NCBI GenBank assembly: GCA_025062175.1
Contig: JANXAX010000002.1
Location: forward strand, 1-33,371
Direction of reading: 5' to 3'
DNA: 33,371 nt
Source: Anaerolineae bacterium
GTDB lineage: Bacteria > Chloroflexota > Anaerolineae > 4572-78 > NAK82
Shown here: one piece after another, positions 17,401 to 25,735 of the stretch
Position numbering within the stretch: the first letter of the stretch is position 1
Layout of the letters: every line of letters begins with the position of its first letter
Program-made: the position numbers and the translations under genes
The notes under the pieces: generated by a model
The model's database searches: none
The model's input: only the letters and a program-made list of their open reading frames with translations
Told to the model about the DNA's origin: nothing

Positions 17401-17464
17401 GCAAAGGTGACCTCAACGGCACTGCCAGGCAGATTGTTGACCTTGTCGCGTCGGTCACCTTTGC
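17401..17464. repeat. 12-bp perfect inverted repeat (GCAAAGGTGACC / GGTCACCTTTGC) separated by 40 nt
   Basis: Arms at 17401-17412 and 17453-17464. It lies in the predicted 5' leader of the carboxylase operon, 53-116 nt upstream of the start codon. Confidence 0.6.
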
Positions 17465-17530
17465 CTCTGCTATATACAAAACACCTGACGAGCCGCTTCG
17501 TTGTGACAAATAAGCATGCTCTAAGGAAAC

Positions 17531-17560
17531 ATCATACCATACGTGCCAAAGGCGAATCAA
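17531..17560 (-). promoter_or_regulatory. candidate promoter of the acyl-CoA carboxylase operon
   Basis: On the minus strand: TTGATT (17560-17555), 18 nt spacer, TATGAT (17536-17531), with a TGg extended -10. Confidence 0.45.
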
Positions 17561-17589
17561 ATGATGGAGAAGTATTGGAAAACTTGCTT

Positions 17590-17618
17590 TTGACAAACCC
17601 CAACCTTGACGCTAAAAT
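17590..17618 (+). promoter_or_regulatory. candidate promoter of the phosphofructokinase gene
   Basis: TTGACA (17590-17595), 17 nt spacer, TAAAAT (17613-17618). It implies a ~135-nt leader. Confidence 0.55.
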
Positions 17619-17758
17619 GTTGGTGATTTTATGTGCACCGCACCGAGGCGTTGCCCCTGCGCGAGGACTCTGCGCTTGCCAACCCATCACAGCCGACGTC
17701 TTGAGCTCAGGAATTATTGCAACCGATTTATGAAGTCAGTTGAGCAGGAGTCAGAAAG

Positions 17759-18916
17759 ATGAGAATCGGAGTACTTACCGGCGGTGGTGATGTTCCAGGA
17801 CTCAACCCGACCATCAAGGCACTTGTGTACCGCGCCCAGGACGAGGGATATGAGGTCATCGGCTTCCGGCGCGGATGGTGGGGTCCTTTGCACTACAATT
17901 TAGAAGACGATATGTACAACTGGAAATGTGCCGTCCGTCTCGACAAGAACGCGGTGCGCACCGTGGACCGCACGGGGGGCACATTCTTGCACACGTCGCG
18001 CACCCGTCCCTCGCACGTCGCCAGCAAGGAGCTGCCGGAGTTCTTGCGTCCGGCGGATTGGGATCCGAAAGATGGCAAGTTGCACGACTGCACGCCGCAC
18101 GTGCTCAAAGTGTTGGAGCACCTCCGCATCGACGTGTTGGTGCCGATCGGAGGCGATGATACGCTGAGCTATGCCCTGCGCCTGCACGAGGAAGGGGTGC
18201 CCATCGTCGCCATTCCCAAAACGATGGACAACGACGTTTTCGGCACCGACTATTGCATCGGATTCTCCACCGCGGTGACGCGCAGCGTCAATTTTATCCA
18301 CAACCTGCGCACGTCGGCGGGTTCCCATGAGCGCATCGGGATCATCGAACTGTTCGGGCGCAACTCTGGTGAAACTTCCCTGATCGCTGCCTATCTAAGT
18401 GGTGTTGATCGCGCCATCATTTCAGAGGTACCGTTTGACCCTGAAAAACTGGCCCGGCTTGTCATGGAGGACAAGCGCAACAATCCGAGCAACTACGCGA
18501 TGATCACCATCTCGGAGGGCGCGCAGATGATCGGCGACAAAGTGGTCGAATACGGCGAGCCGGATGCATATGGCCATCGCAAGCTGGGGGGCATCGGCAT
18601 CGTGACCGGTGATGTGCTGAAGAAGCTCACCGGCGAACATATCCTCTATCAGCAAGTTGCTTACCTGATGCGCTCCGGCGCGCCCGACTCGGTCGACTTG
18701 ATGGTGGGCTTCAACTTCGCCAACATGGCAATGGACCTGATCGTCGAGCGTCAGTTTGGTCGTATGGTGGCCATCCAAAAGGGCGTCTACACGAACGTGC
18801 CTATTGAGACGGTCGCCCAAGGCGTCAAACGTGTGGACGTGGATGAGCTGTACGACGTCGATCAGTATCGTCCCAAGGTGCGCCACGTGAACGGCAAGCC
18901 GATGTTCCTGTACTAA
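17759..18916 (+). CDS. 6-phosphofructokinase, PfkA family; signature residues predict a PPi-dependent enzyme
   Basis: [17 protein letters not shown]-terminus. GGDD at 18149-18160 (ATP-dependent enzymes have GGDG). IPKTMDNDV with Lys at 18218-18220 (ATP-dependent enzymes have PGTIDND). AGGAG RBS. Confidence 0.95.
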   Translation: MRIGVLTGGGDVPGLNPTIKALVYRAQDEGYEVIGFRRGWWGPLHYNLEDDMYNWKCAVRLDKNAVRTVDRTGGTFLHTSRTRPSHVASKELPEFLRPADWDPKDGKLHDCTPHVLKVLEHLRIDVLVPIGGDDTLSYALRLHEEGVPIVAIPKTMDNDVFGTDYCIGFSTAVTRSVNFIHNLRTSAGSHERIGIIELFGRNSGETSLIAAYLSGVDRAIISEVPFDPEKLARLVMEDKRNNPSNYAMITISEGAQMIGDKVVEYGEPDAYGHRKLGGIGIVTGDVLKKLTGEHILYQQVAYLMRSGAPDSVDLMVGFNFANMAMDLIVERQFGRMVAIQKGVYTNVPIETVAQGVKRVDVDELYDVDQYRPKVRHVNGKPMFLY

Positions 18917-18945
18917 GTACACGTCCCGGATGGGACAGGTCTTCG

Positions 18946-18989
18946 GTGCCCCGTGCTCGTTCATCATAATAAAGAGCATGGGGCACTTT
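18946..18989 (+). terminator. putative intrinsic terminator after pfk
   Basis: GTGCCCCGTGCTC (18946-18958) pairs with GAGCATGGGGCAC (18974-18986), giving a 13 bp stem including one G-U pair and a 15-nt loop. It is followed by TTT. Confidence 0.5.
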
Positions 18990-19075
18990 CACGTTAAGGA
19001 GATCGGGACACGTTTTTGTGATACATAACCGGATGCGAGCACATTTTCCCCAGTGAAGGGTCAAGGAGGTCGGTC

Positions 19076-20056
19076 ATGGAGACACGTCAGCTGGGTTTCA
19101 CCGATCTGCATCTCAGTACTATCGGCTTGGGCGCCTGGGCGATGGGCGGTGGAGGTTACGTCTTTGGCTGGGGCCCGCAGGACGACGCCGAGTCGATTGC
19201 CACCATCCACCGTGCCCTGGACGAGGGCATCAACTGGATCGATACGGCACCCGGATATGGCCGCGGCCATTCCGAGGAAGTGGTGGGCAAAGCATTGGTA
19301 GGCCGGCGTCACCAGGTGTACATCGCCACCAAGTGTGGCATCCACGTGCTGCCCAATGGTGAGCTCACCTTCCGGCTCAAGCGCGATTCGGTGCGCCAGG
19401 AGATCGAAGACAGCTTGCGCCGTCTGCGCACCGATGTGATCGATCTATATCAGATCCACTGGCCACGTCCCGATGAGGACATCGAGGAAGCGTGGGAGGT
19501 GATTGCCGATGCCGTCCGCGCTGGCAAGATCCGTTACGCAGGTGTCTCCAACTTCAACATCAGCCAGATGGAACGGCTCCAGGCCATCCATCCGATCGCG
19601 TCCCTGCAGCCACCCTATAGCATGTTGAACCGCGACATCGAGTCCGAGATATTGCCCTACTGTGCCGCTCATAAAATTGGGGTGATCGTCTACAGTCCGA
19701 TGGAACGCGGTTTGCTCACCGGCAAGATCACGCGTGAGCGCATCCAGGCGATGCCGGAGGATGACCATCGCAAGCGCTATGCACCGTTCCAAGAGCCGCA
19801 GCTGAGCGTCAACCTGCGCTTGGTGGAACAGTTGCGGCCAATCGCGGAGCGCAACGGCAAGACCTTGGCGCAGCTAGCGCTGGCATGGGTGCTGCGCCGA
19901 CCCGAAGTGACCGGCGCGATCGCTGGCGCACGACGTCCCGACCAGGTTTCCGAATTGGTGGGTGCCAGCGGCTGGCAGCTCTCGGATGCCGATTTGAAAG
20001 AGATCGAAGCCCTCTTAGCACAACGCCAAGAAACCCTCGCCGAAATGGCCCATTAG
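19076..20056 (+). CDS. aldo/keto reductase
   Basis: AKR motifs INWIDTAPGYGRGHSEEVVG, IRYAGVSNF and YSPMERGLLTGK. AAGGAGG RBS. Confidence 0.9.
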   Translation: METRQLGFTDLHLSTIGLGAWAMGGGGYVFGWGPQDDAESIATIHRALDEGINWIDTAPGYGRGHSEEVVGKALVGRRHQVYIATKCGIHVLPNGELTFRLKRDSVRQEIEDSLRRLRTDVIDLYQIHWPRPDEDIEEAWEVIADAVRAGKIRYAGVSNFNISQMERLQAIHPIASLQPPYSMLNRDIESEILPYCAAHKIGVIVYSPMERGLLTGKITRERIQAMPEDDHRKRYAPFQEPQLSVNLRLVEQLRPIAERNGKTLAQLALAWVLRRPEVTGAIAGARRPDQVSELVGASGWQLSDADLKEIEALLAQRQETLAEMAH

Positions 20057-20094
20057 CGGGTGGGCAGCCGAGCTAGCCTGGTCCAGAACTATAG

Positions 20095-20140
20095 AAAGCT
20101 GCGCCTTCAAATCTGTCCTTATATAGGCGCAGCTTTTTCC
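20095..20140 (+). terminator. putative intrinsic terminator after the aldo/keto reductase gene
   Basis: AAAGCTGCGCC (20095-20105) and GGCGCAGCTTT (20126-20136) form an 11-bp perfect stem that runs into TTTTT. The 20-nt loop is large. Confidence 0.5.
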
Positions 20141-20308
20141 ATTATGAAAGGTGAATTTTCCCCGTTCACCCGCCCAGCTGACTACCGGTTTGCATTTCGG
20201 GAAAACATCTGGTAAAAAATGGTCTATCCCCATCGACAAAATTTTAAAGACCAGCATAGTTCTACTTGGGCTGAAGTGGTATTAGGTTCTGGTTAGGGAG
20301 AGTAAGTT

Positions 20309-22585
20309 ATGGGTAAGGCAAAGGTGGCACGACGAGACTATAGTCTGATCGGGAAGGATGCAGCACTGGCGGTTGAGAAGGGTTTAGCGAACGCTCCGTG
20401 GTATATCCCCCCTGTCCCCCGCGAAAAGATGCGCGAGCTGCTCGAGCGGCGCGATGGCCCAGCGATCCGCGATACCATTCTCTGGTTCTTCCTGCTCTTC
20501 GCCTTCGGACTGGCAGGCTATTGGCTCTGGGGCACTTACTGGGCCGCTATACCCTTTTTCATATACGGTGTGCTTTATGCCTCGGTCTCCGACTCGCGCT
20601 GGCATGAAACCAGTCACGGGACCGCTTTCAAGACCGACTGGCTGAACAACGTGCTGTATGAGATTGCTTCCTTCATGGTGCTGCGCGAGTCGGTGCCGTG
20701 GCGCTGGAGTCACACGCGGCATCATAGCGACACCATCATTGTCGGTCGCGACCCTGAGATCGCGGTGCCACGCCCGGCGAACTTGTTGGAGATCTTTTCG
20801 AAGTTCTTCAATGGGTTGGCCTGGATCAAGTATGTCCGAGGGGTCTTTTGGCACTGCCTCGGCCGGATGACCCCCGAAGAAAAGACCTATATTCCGGAAA
20901 CAGAATACCCTAAGGTGTTTCTCCGGGCACGAATATACGCTCTGATCTATCTGGGGGTTATTGCCCTGGCCGCCTATACTGGCAGCCTTCTGCCATTGAT
21001 GTACATCGGTCTACCTAATCTTTACGGTGCCTGGCTGATGGTCGTCTATGGCCTGACGCAACATGCTGGCCTGGCTGAAGACGTCCTGGACCATCGCCTG
21101 AACACGCGCACCTTCTATATGAATCCGGTGCACCGCTATCTCTACTGGAATATGGGCTATCACATCGAGCACCATATGTTCCCCTTGGTGCCATACCATG
21201 CATTGGACAAGCTGCATGAAGTGGTTAAGCCCTATATGCCCAAGCCCTATAAAGGGGTTATCGAGGTCTATCGCGAGCTCATCCCGGCACTGTGGCGTCA
21301 ATCCAAGGATCCTACCTATTACGTGAAACGGGAAGTGCCGGTTGTGGCCGAGACAGCGGAGACGCGCACAGCTATCCAGGTGTTGGTGGCCGAGATGGAA
21401 GCCACTCGCAGTGGCTGGGTCAAGGTGTGTCCGTGCCATCAACTACAAAACGAGGAGGTAATGCGTTTCGACTACCATAACAAGATCTATGCCATCTACC
21501 GAGCAGCCGATGGCAAGGTCTACGCCACCGATGGGGTCTGCACCCACGGCAACGCGTTGCTGACTGATGGATTTCTGCGTGGGTATCTCATTGAGTGCCC
21601 GAAGCACAATGGGCGCTTCGACATCCGTGACGGCTCACCCCAACGGCCGCCTGTTTCGATTCCGCTCAAGACTTATGAAGTGCGCGAAAGCGAGGGACAG
21701 GTGTGGCTCAACGTAGCAGTGATCCACGGCTCCGGCCTGGCAGAAGCAGCGCCGACCTATACGTTCCAGGTGGTCCGCAACGATAACGTCACCCCTGTGA
21801 TCAAGGAATTGATCCTCGAGGTGACGGACACCTCACCTGGCTTGACATACCAGCCGGGCGACTATCTGCAATTCGAGATACCGGCGTATGCAGAGCGCAC
21901 GTTGAGTGATGTGGAGGTTACACCGCCTTATGATAAAGTATGGGAGGAGCTCCATCTTTACGACCTCAAAGTAGCTAATCCGATCCCGTGTTATCGCAGC
22001 TACTCGTTTGCCAGCAATCCGGCTACGGAACGGCACTTGCGCTTCAATATCCGCTTGGCGACGCCGCCGCCTGGTCAGGATGTCTATGCTGGCGTCGGCT
22101 CCGCCTATCTCTTCGGCCTGAAGCCGGGGGACAAAGTCAGGGCGATAGGGCCGTTTGGCGCGTTTCACATCCGGCCGACCGATCGCGAGATGGTGTATTT
22201 AGGCGGGGGGTCTGGGATGGCGCCGTTGCGCTCCCATATTGCCTATCTCTTCGAGACCGCGAAGACCACGCGTCGGGTGAGCTATTGGTTCGGGGCGCGC
22301 ACGCGGCGTGACCTGTTCTACCAGGACTATTTTGCGCGCCTGGCCGAGCAGCATGCCAACTTCAGCTTCCATGTCGCTCTTTCCGAACCCCTGCCTGAAG
22401 ACGGATGGACCGGGCATACGGGTTTCATCCACGAGGTGTTGCAGCGCGAGTATCTCAACACACACCCCGACCCGACGCAGGTGGAATATTATCTCTGCGG
22501 CCCGCTACCGATGATCCGGGCAGCGGTCGCAATGCTCACCGAATTGGGGGTGAGTCGCGATCAGATCCTCAGCGACGAGTTCTAG
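20309..22585 (+). CDS. three-domain fusion: membrane fatty-acid-desaturase-family di-iron oxygenase + Rieske [2Fe-2S] domain + NqrF-like FAD/NAD(P)H oxidoreductase
   Basis: His boxes HETSH (20603-20617), HTRHH (20711-20725) and HIEHH (21161-21175), with TM segments between them. Rieske CTHG (from 21539) and CPKH (21596-21607). FNR-type RSYSFAS, GGGSGMAP and a C-terminus ALSEPLPEDGWTGHTGFIHEVL...YLCGPLPM...ILSDEF that closely parallels NqrF as I remember it. GGGAGAG RBS, single uninterrupted ORF of 758 aa. Confidence 0.85.
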   Translation: MGKAKVARRDYSLIGKDAALAVEKGLANAPWYIPPVPREKMRELLERRDGPAIRDTILWFFLLFAFGLAGYWLWGTYWAAIPFFIYGVLYASVSDSRWHETSHGTAFKTDWLNNVLYEIASFMVLRESVPWRWSHTRHHSDTIIVGRDPEIAVPRPANLLEIFSKFFNGLAWIKYVRGVFWHCLGRMTPEEKTYIPETEYPKVFLRARIYALIYLGVIALAAYTGSLLPLMYIGLPNLYGAWLMVVYGLTQHAGLAEDVLDHRLNTRTFYMNPVHRYLYWNMGYHIEHHMFPLVPYHALDKLHEVVKPYMPKPYKGVIEVYRELIPALWRQSKDPTYYVKREVPVVAETAETRTAIQVLVAEMEATRSGWVKVCPCHQLQNEEVMRFDYHNKIYAIYRAADGKVYATDGVCTHGNALLTDGFLRGYLIECPKHNGRFDIRDGSPQRPPVSIPLKTYEVRESEGQVWLNVAVIHGSGLAEAAPTYTFQVVRNDNVTPVIKELILEVTDTSPGLTYQPGDYLQFEIPAYAERTLSDVEVTPPYDKVWEELHLYDLKVANPIPCYRSYSFASNPATERHLRFNIRLATPPPGQDVYAGVGSAYLFGLKPGDKVRAIGPFGAFHIRPTDREMVYLGGGSGMAPLRSHIAYLFETAKTTRRVSYWFGARTRRDLFYQDYFARLAEQHANFSFHVALSEPLPEDGWTGHTGFIHEVLQREYLNTHPDPTQVEYYLCGPLPMIRAAVAMLTELGVSRDQILSDEF

Positions 22586-23532
22586 CTATTCAGGCGCAGG
22601 ATTTCGGCGGCGGTGCGCGCGTCGGTGATCAGCACATTGATGAACTTGCCGCGCAGCGCGCCCAGAATAGCCGATGCTTTGGCCAGGCCGCCGGCCACGC
22701 CAACCACCTTGGGTATCTGGGCCAGCATTTGCTGATTGGCCGCGATCAGCCGTCGGTTTAAGGAGATGTCAAGGACGCGTCCCTGCAGGTCGAACTGATA
22801 GCCCAGGACGTCGCCGACGGCCCCAGCGCGGGCGAGCTCGCGCAGGTCCGCGTCGGTGAGGAAGCCGGCGCGGTGTAGGCTGGACAATTCGGGATCGATC
22901 GTGCCGATACCGGTGATGGCAACTTCGACTTGCCGAATCAGCTCCATCGTGCTAAGGATGGCGGGTTCCTGGAGGAGGGCCAGTGCCGTTGCTTCGCTCT
23001 CGACCAACGCGGGCGCGTGCAGAAAGCGGATGGTGGCGCCCAGTTTTTGGGCTAGCAAGCGGGCACACTCCGGCCCGTCCACGGTCGAGTGGCCGCGCGC
23101 CACGGCGCCGAGCAGCTGGATCACCACGGCATCGCGCAGCGGAATGTTGGCCACATTGCGCGCCGTCTCATACACGGCGGTGCCCCAGCCGATGCCGATC
23201 TTGATCCCGTCGTGCAGCTGGCGCTGTAGGAAGCGCGCACATAGCTCGCCCAGATGCTGGATCAAAGTGGTATACTGGGCTGGAGCTTCGGCCAAGACCC
23301 ACGCATCTACCAAGCTGAAGGTCCTGACCAGCGTCGCGCCCAGCTCCGCGTCCACGTTGATGAGCTTATTGACCCGGATGACCACGATCCCTTCTTCACG
23401 AGCTTCCTGGAGCAGCCGCGATATGGTGGAACGCGACAGGCCAAGGCGACGAGCGATTTCCTCTTGGGTTCTGTTCTCTTCGTAGTACCACGCAGCGACT
23501 TGCTCGAGCAGCTCGTGACGGGTCTGGTACAT
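22582..23532 (-). CDS. SorC/DeoR-CggR family sugar-binding transcriptional regulator
   Basis: N-terminal HTH (AAWYYEENRTQEEIARRLGLSRSTISRLLQEAREEGIV) plus a SorC-type sugar-phosphate binding domain (GIGWGTAV, VGVAGG). Confidence 0.9.
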   Translation of the reverse strand: MYQTRHELLEQVAAWYYEENRTQEEIARRLGLSRSTISRLLQEAREEGIVVIRVNKLINVDAELGATLVRTFSLVDAWVLAEAPAQYTTLIQHLGELCARFLQRQLHDGIKIGIGWGTAVYETARNVANIPLRDAVVIQLLGAVARGHSTVDGPECARLLAQKLGATIRFLHAPALVESEATALALLQEPAILSTMELIRQVEVAITGIGTIDPELSSLHRAGFLTDADLRELARAGAVGDVLGYQFDLQGRVLDISLNRRLIAANQQMLAQIPKVVGVAGGLAKASAILGALRGKFINVLITDARTAAEILRLNS

Positions 23533-23603
23533 AGGCCGTGTGCTTTTGCTGATATTCCCCAGTCCCTTATCCGTCGCGGAAAAACCGACCTGTTCGCATT
23601 CCT

Positions 23604-24332
23604 CTACACCCGGAGCGCGGATTTCAGCCGCTGGGCATCTTCGAGAGTTTGACGCAGATCTGCCATGAAGCGTGCCCCGTGCGCCCCGTCCACCAGACGA
23701 TGATCACACGCGAGTGTGGCAATCATCGTCGGAGCGACAATGAGCTGATCATCGCGCACAACCGGGCGCTTCGCCACCCGTCCCACCGCTAGAATCGCCG
23801 CGTCGGGTGGACTGATCACAGCTTGAAAGGCATCGATGTCCAGCATCCCCATGTTAGAAAGAGTAAACGTGCGGCCGGTCAAGTCACCGGCTTGCAGGCG
23901 GCGTGCCCGTGCACCCGCCTCCAACTCGATGGCGCGATGGGCCAGCTCCAGCAGAGACATGCGCTCTGCATGATGGAGCACCGGGATGATCATCCCGTCT
24001 TCCAAGCCGACGACAAAACCGAGGTGTACGGAGGCGTACTCCTCAATCTCCTCCTCGATCAAGCGGGCGTTAAGCCGCGGGTGTTGCAACAACAAAGACG
24101 CCACGACTTTGAGGAGCAGGTGAGTGAGCGTCAGGCGCGGCTGGGGATGCATAGCTAGCAGCTCCTCCATCAACGTCTGAGCGGCGTGCATCTCGATCTC
24201 TTGGGTGAGGTAAAAATGGGGGATATCGCGCTTGCTGCGCACGACGCGCTCAATGATGGCACGACGCATCGCCGTGAGCGGCACGCGCCGCGCCACCACC
24301 GGTTGCGGAACGGATGTTTGTGCTGTGTTCAT
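23604..24332 (-). CDS. 2-oxoacid/acetoin dehydrogenase E2 catalytic (acyltransferase) domain protein, lacking lipoyl and subunit-binding domains
   Basis: The catalytic-core motif DHRLVDGAHGARF lies near the C-terminus. The protein begins directly at the catalytic-domain boundary (VPLTAMRRAIIERV). GGAAAGGA RBS lies 4 nt before the ATG. Confidence 0.9.
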   Translation of the reverse strand: MNTAQTSVPQPVVARRVPLTAMRRAIIERVVRSKRDIPHFYLTQEIEMHAAQTLMEELLAMHPQPRLTLTHLLLKVVASLLLQHPRLNARLIEEEIEEYASVHLGFVVGLEDGMIIPVLHHAERMSLLELAHRAIELEAGARARRLQAGDLTGRTFTLSNMGMLDIDAFQAVISPPDAAILAVGRVAKRPVVRDDQLIVAPTMIATLACDHRLVDGAHGARFMADLRQTLEDAQRLKSALRV

Positions 24333-24385
24333 CGGTCCTTTCCAGGCAGGTGGACGATCCTTCGGATCTCCCCCGGGCCTCTGAC

Positions 24386-24643
24386 CTATTCCGGCAGCGG
24401 CTCGTCGGGGTCGGCGATATAGGCCAAAACGTCACCCACCTTGGCGGTTTCGCCAGCTGGCACTTTGATGCGGCGCAAGATCCCGCTGCCGAGTGCCTCG
24501 ACCTGCAAAACCGCTTTGTCGGTTTCCACTTCAAAAAGCATCTCGCCGCGTTCGACGCGGTCGCCTTCCTGTTTCAACCATTGGAGTATCTTGTACGAAT
24601 CAGCTGTTTCAGTGAGAGGAGGCATCACTACAGAGGTGATCAT
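24386..24643 (-). CDS. stand-alone lipoyl-domain protein (lipoyl carrier of the E2)
   Basis: 85 aa with the lipoylation motif EVETDKAVLQVEA. GAGGAAAGG RBS. Confidence 0.85.
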   Translation of the reverse strand: MITSVVMPPLTETADSYKILQWLKQEGDRVERGEMLFEVETDKAVLQVEALGSGILRRIKVPAGETAKVGDVLAYIADPDEPLPE

Positions 24644-24700
24644 GGTCGCCTTTCCTCGCTTTTGTGCTCAAATTGGTTGCCGGGAAAAAACCATCCGCCA

Positions 24701-25708
24701 CTATGCCGAAGTGGACCGGACGGCCACCTCGGCGCCTATCATTTCTTTGACCACCTGGACCACTTGCGTCACGCCCGGAACGACCTGTTTCTCCAGTTGT
24801 GAATGTGCTGGCAGAGGCACGTGCAACCCGCCCAAGCGGCGCACCGGTGCTGCCAGGATGTCGAACAGCCTCTCTTGCAGGCTGGCCGCGATCTCTGCCC
24901 CGAACCCGCCGAACACACTCGCTTCGTGGATCACCACCGCCCGACGCGTCTTAGTCACGGAAGCGATCAGAGTATCCATATCCAGGGGCGCCAAAGTGCG
25001 CACATCCACCACCTCGGCGCTGATGCCAATCTGGCTGAGCTCCTGCGCTGCAGCCAGTGCGGTATGCACCATGTTGGAATAAGCGATCAGCGTGACATTG
25101 TTACCAGGTCGTTTGACGTCTGCCACGCCAATTGGAACCGTGTATTCGTCTTCAGGCACCTCTCCTTCTAAGGCGTACAGGCCTTTGTGCTCGATGAACA
25201 TCACCGGGTTGTCGTCGCGGATAGCGCTTTTGAGCAATCCCTTGGCATCATAAGGCGTGGCCGGCATCACCACTTTGAGGCCAGGCACGTGGGCAAACCA
25301 GGCTTCCAGGCTTTGGGAGTGTTGCGGCCCGGCGCCACGGCCGGTGCCCTGTTGGGTGCGGATGACCAGCGGCGCCTTCAGCTGGCCACCGAACATACCG
25401 TGGAGCTTGGCAGCCTGGTTGACGATCTGGTCCATAGCCAATGTGGCAAAGTCGATGTACATGATCTCGGCCACCGGACGCCCCCCCACGACGGCGGCGC
25501 CCAGTGCCGCACCGACGATGATCGCCTCGGACATCGGCGCATCGATGATGCGCTTCGGGCCAAACTCTTGCAGTAGACCTTGCGTGACTGCATAAGCGCC
25601 ACCATAACGCCCCACGTCCTCGCCGATCACGAACACGCGTGGGTCGCGTTGCATTTCTTCGCGCAATGCTTCTCGAAGTGCCTCGCGGTAACGAATCCTG
25701 CGCATCAT
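24701..25708 (-). CDS. alpha-ketoacid/acetoin dehydrogenase E1 component subunit beta
   Basis: Transketolase-like pyrimidine-binding and C-terminal domains (VFVIGEDVGRYGGAY, PMSEAIIVGAALGAA, NPVMFIEHK). Confidence 0.95.
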   Translation of the reverse strand: MMRRIRYREALREALREEMQRDPRVFVIGEDVGRYGGAYAVTQGLLQEFGPKRIIDAPMSEAIIVGAALGAAVVGGRPVAEIMYIDFATLAMDQIVNQAAKLHGMFGGQLKAPLVIRTQQGTGRGAGPQHSQSLEAWFAHVPGLKVVMPATPYDAKGLLKSAIRDDNPVMFIEHKGLYALEGEVPEDEYTVPIGVADVKRPGNNVTLIAYSNMVHTALAAAQELSQIGISAEVVDVRTLAPLDMDTLIASVTKTRRAVVIHEASVFGGFGAEIAASLQERLFDILAAPVRRLGGLHVPLPAHSQLEKQVVPGVTQVVQVVKEMIGAEVAVRSTSA

Positions 25709-25735
25709 GCTCTCCCCTTGCTTGACATAATCTCT

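Noticed and set aside
20190-20218. Promoter for the fusion gene (TTGCAT-17-TAAAAA).
   Set aside because: Both hexamers are weak matches in an AT-rich stretch where such patterns arise by chance. It is not strong enough to list as a feature.
24333-24385. Split E2 interpreted as a frameshifted pseudogene.
   Set aside because: Both parts have strong RBSs and clean start codons, and the gap is too short to hide a subunit-binding domain in any frame. I therefore report it as a probably genuine split, though it still needs read-level and comparative confirmation.
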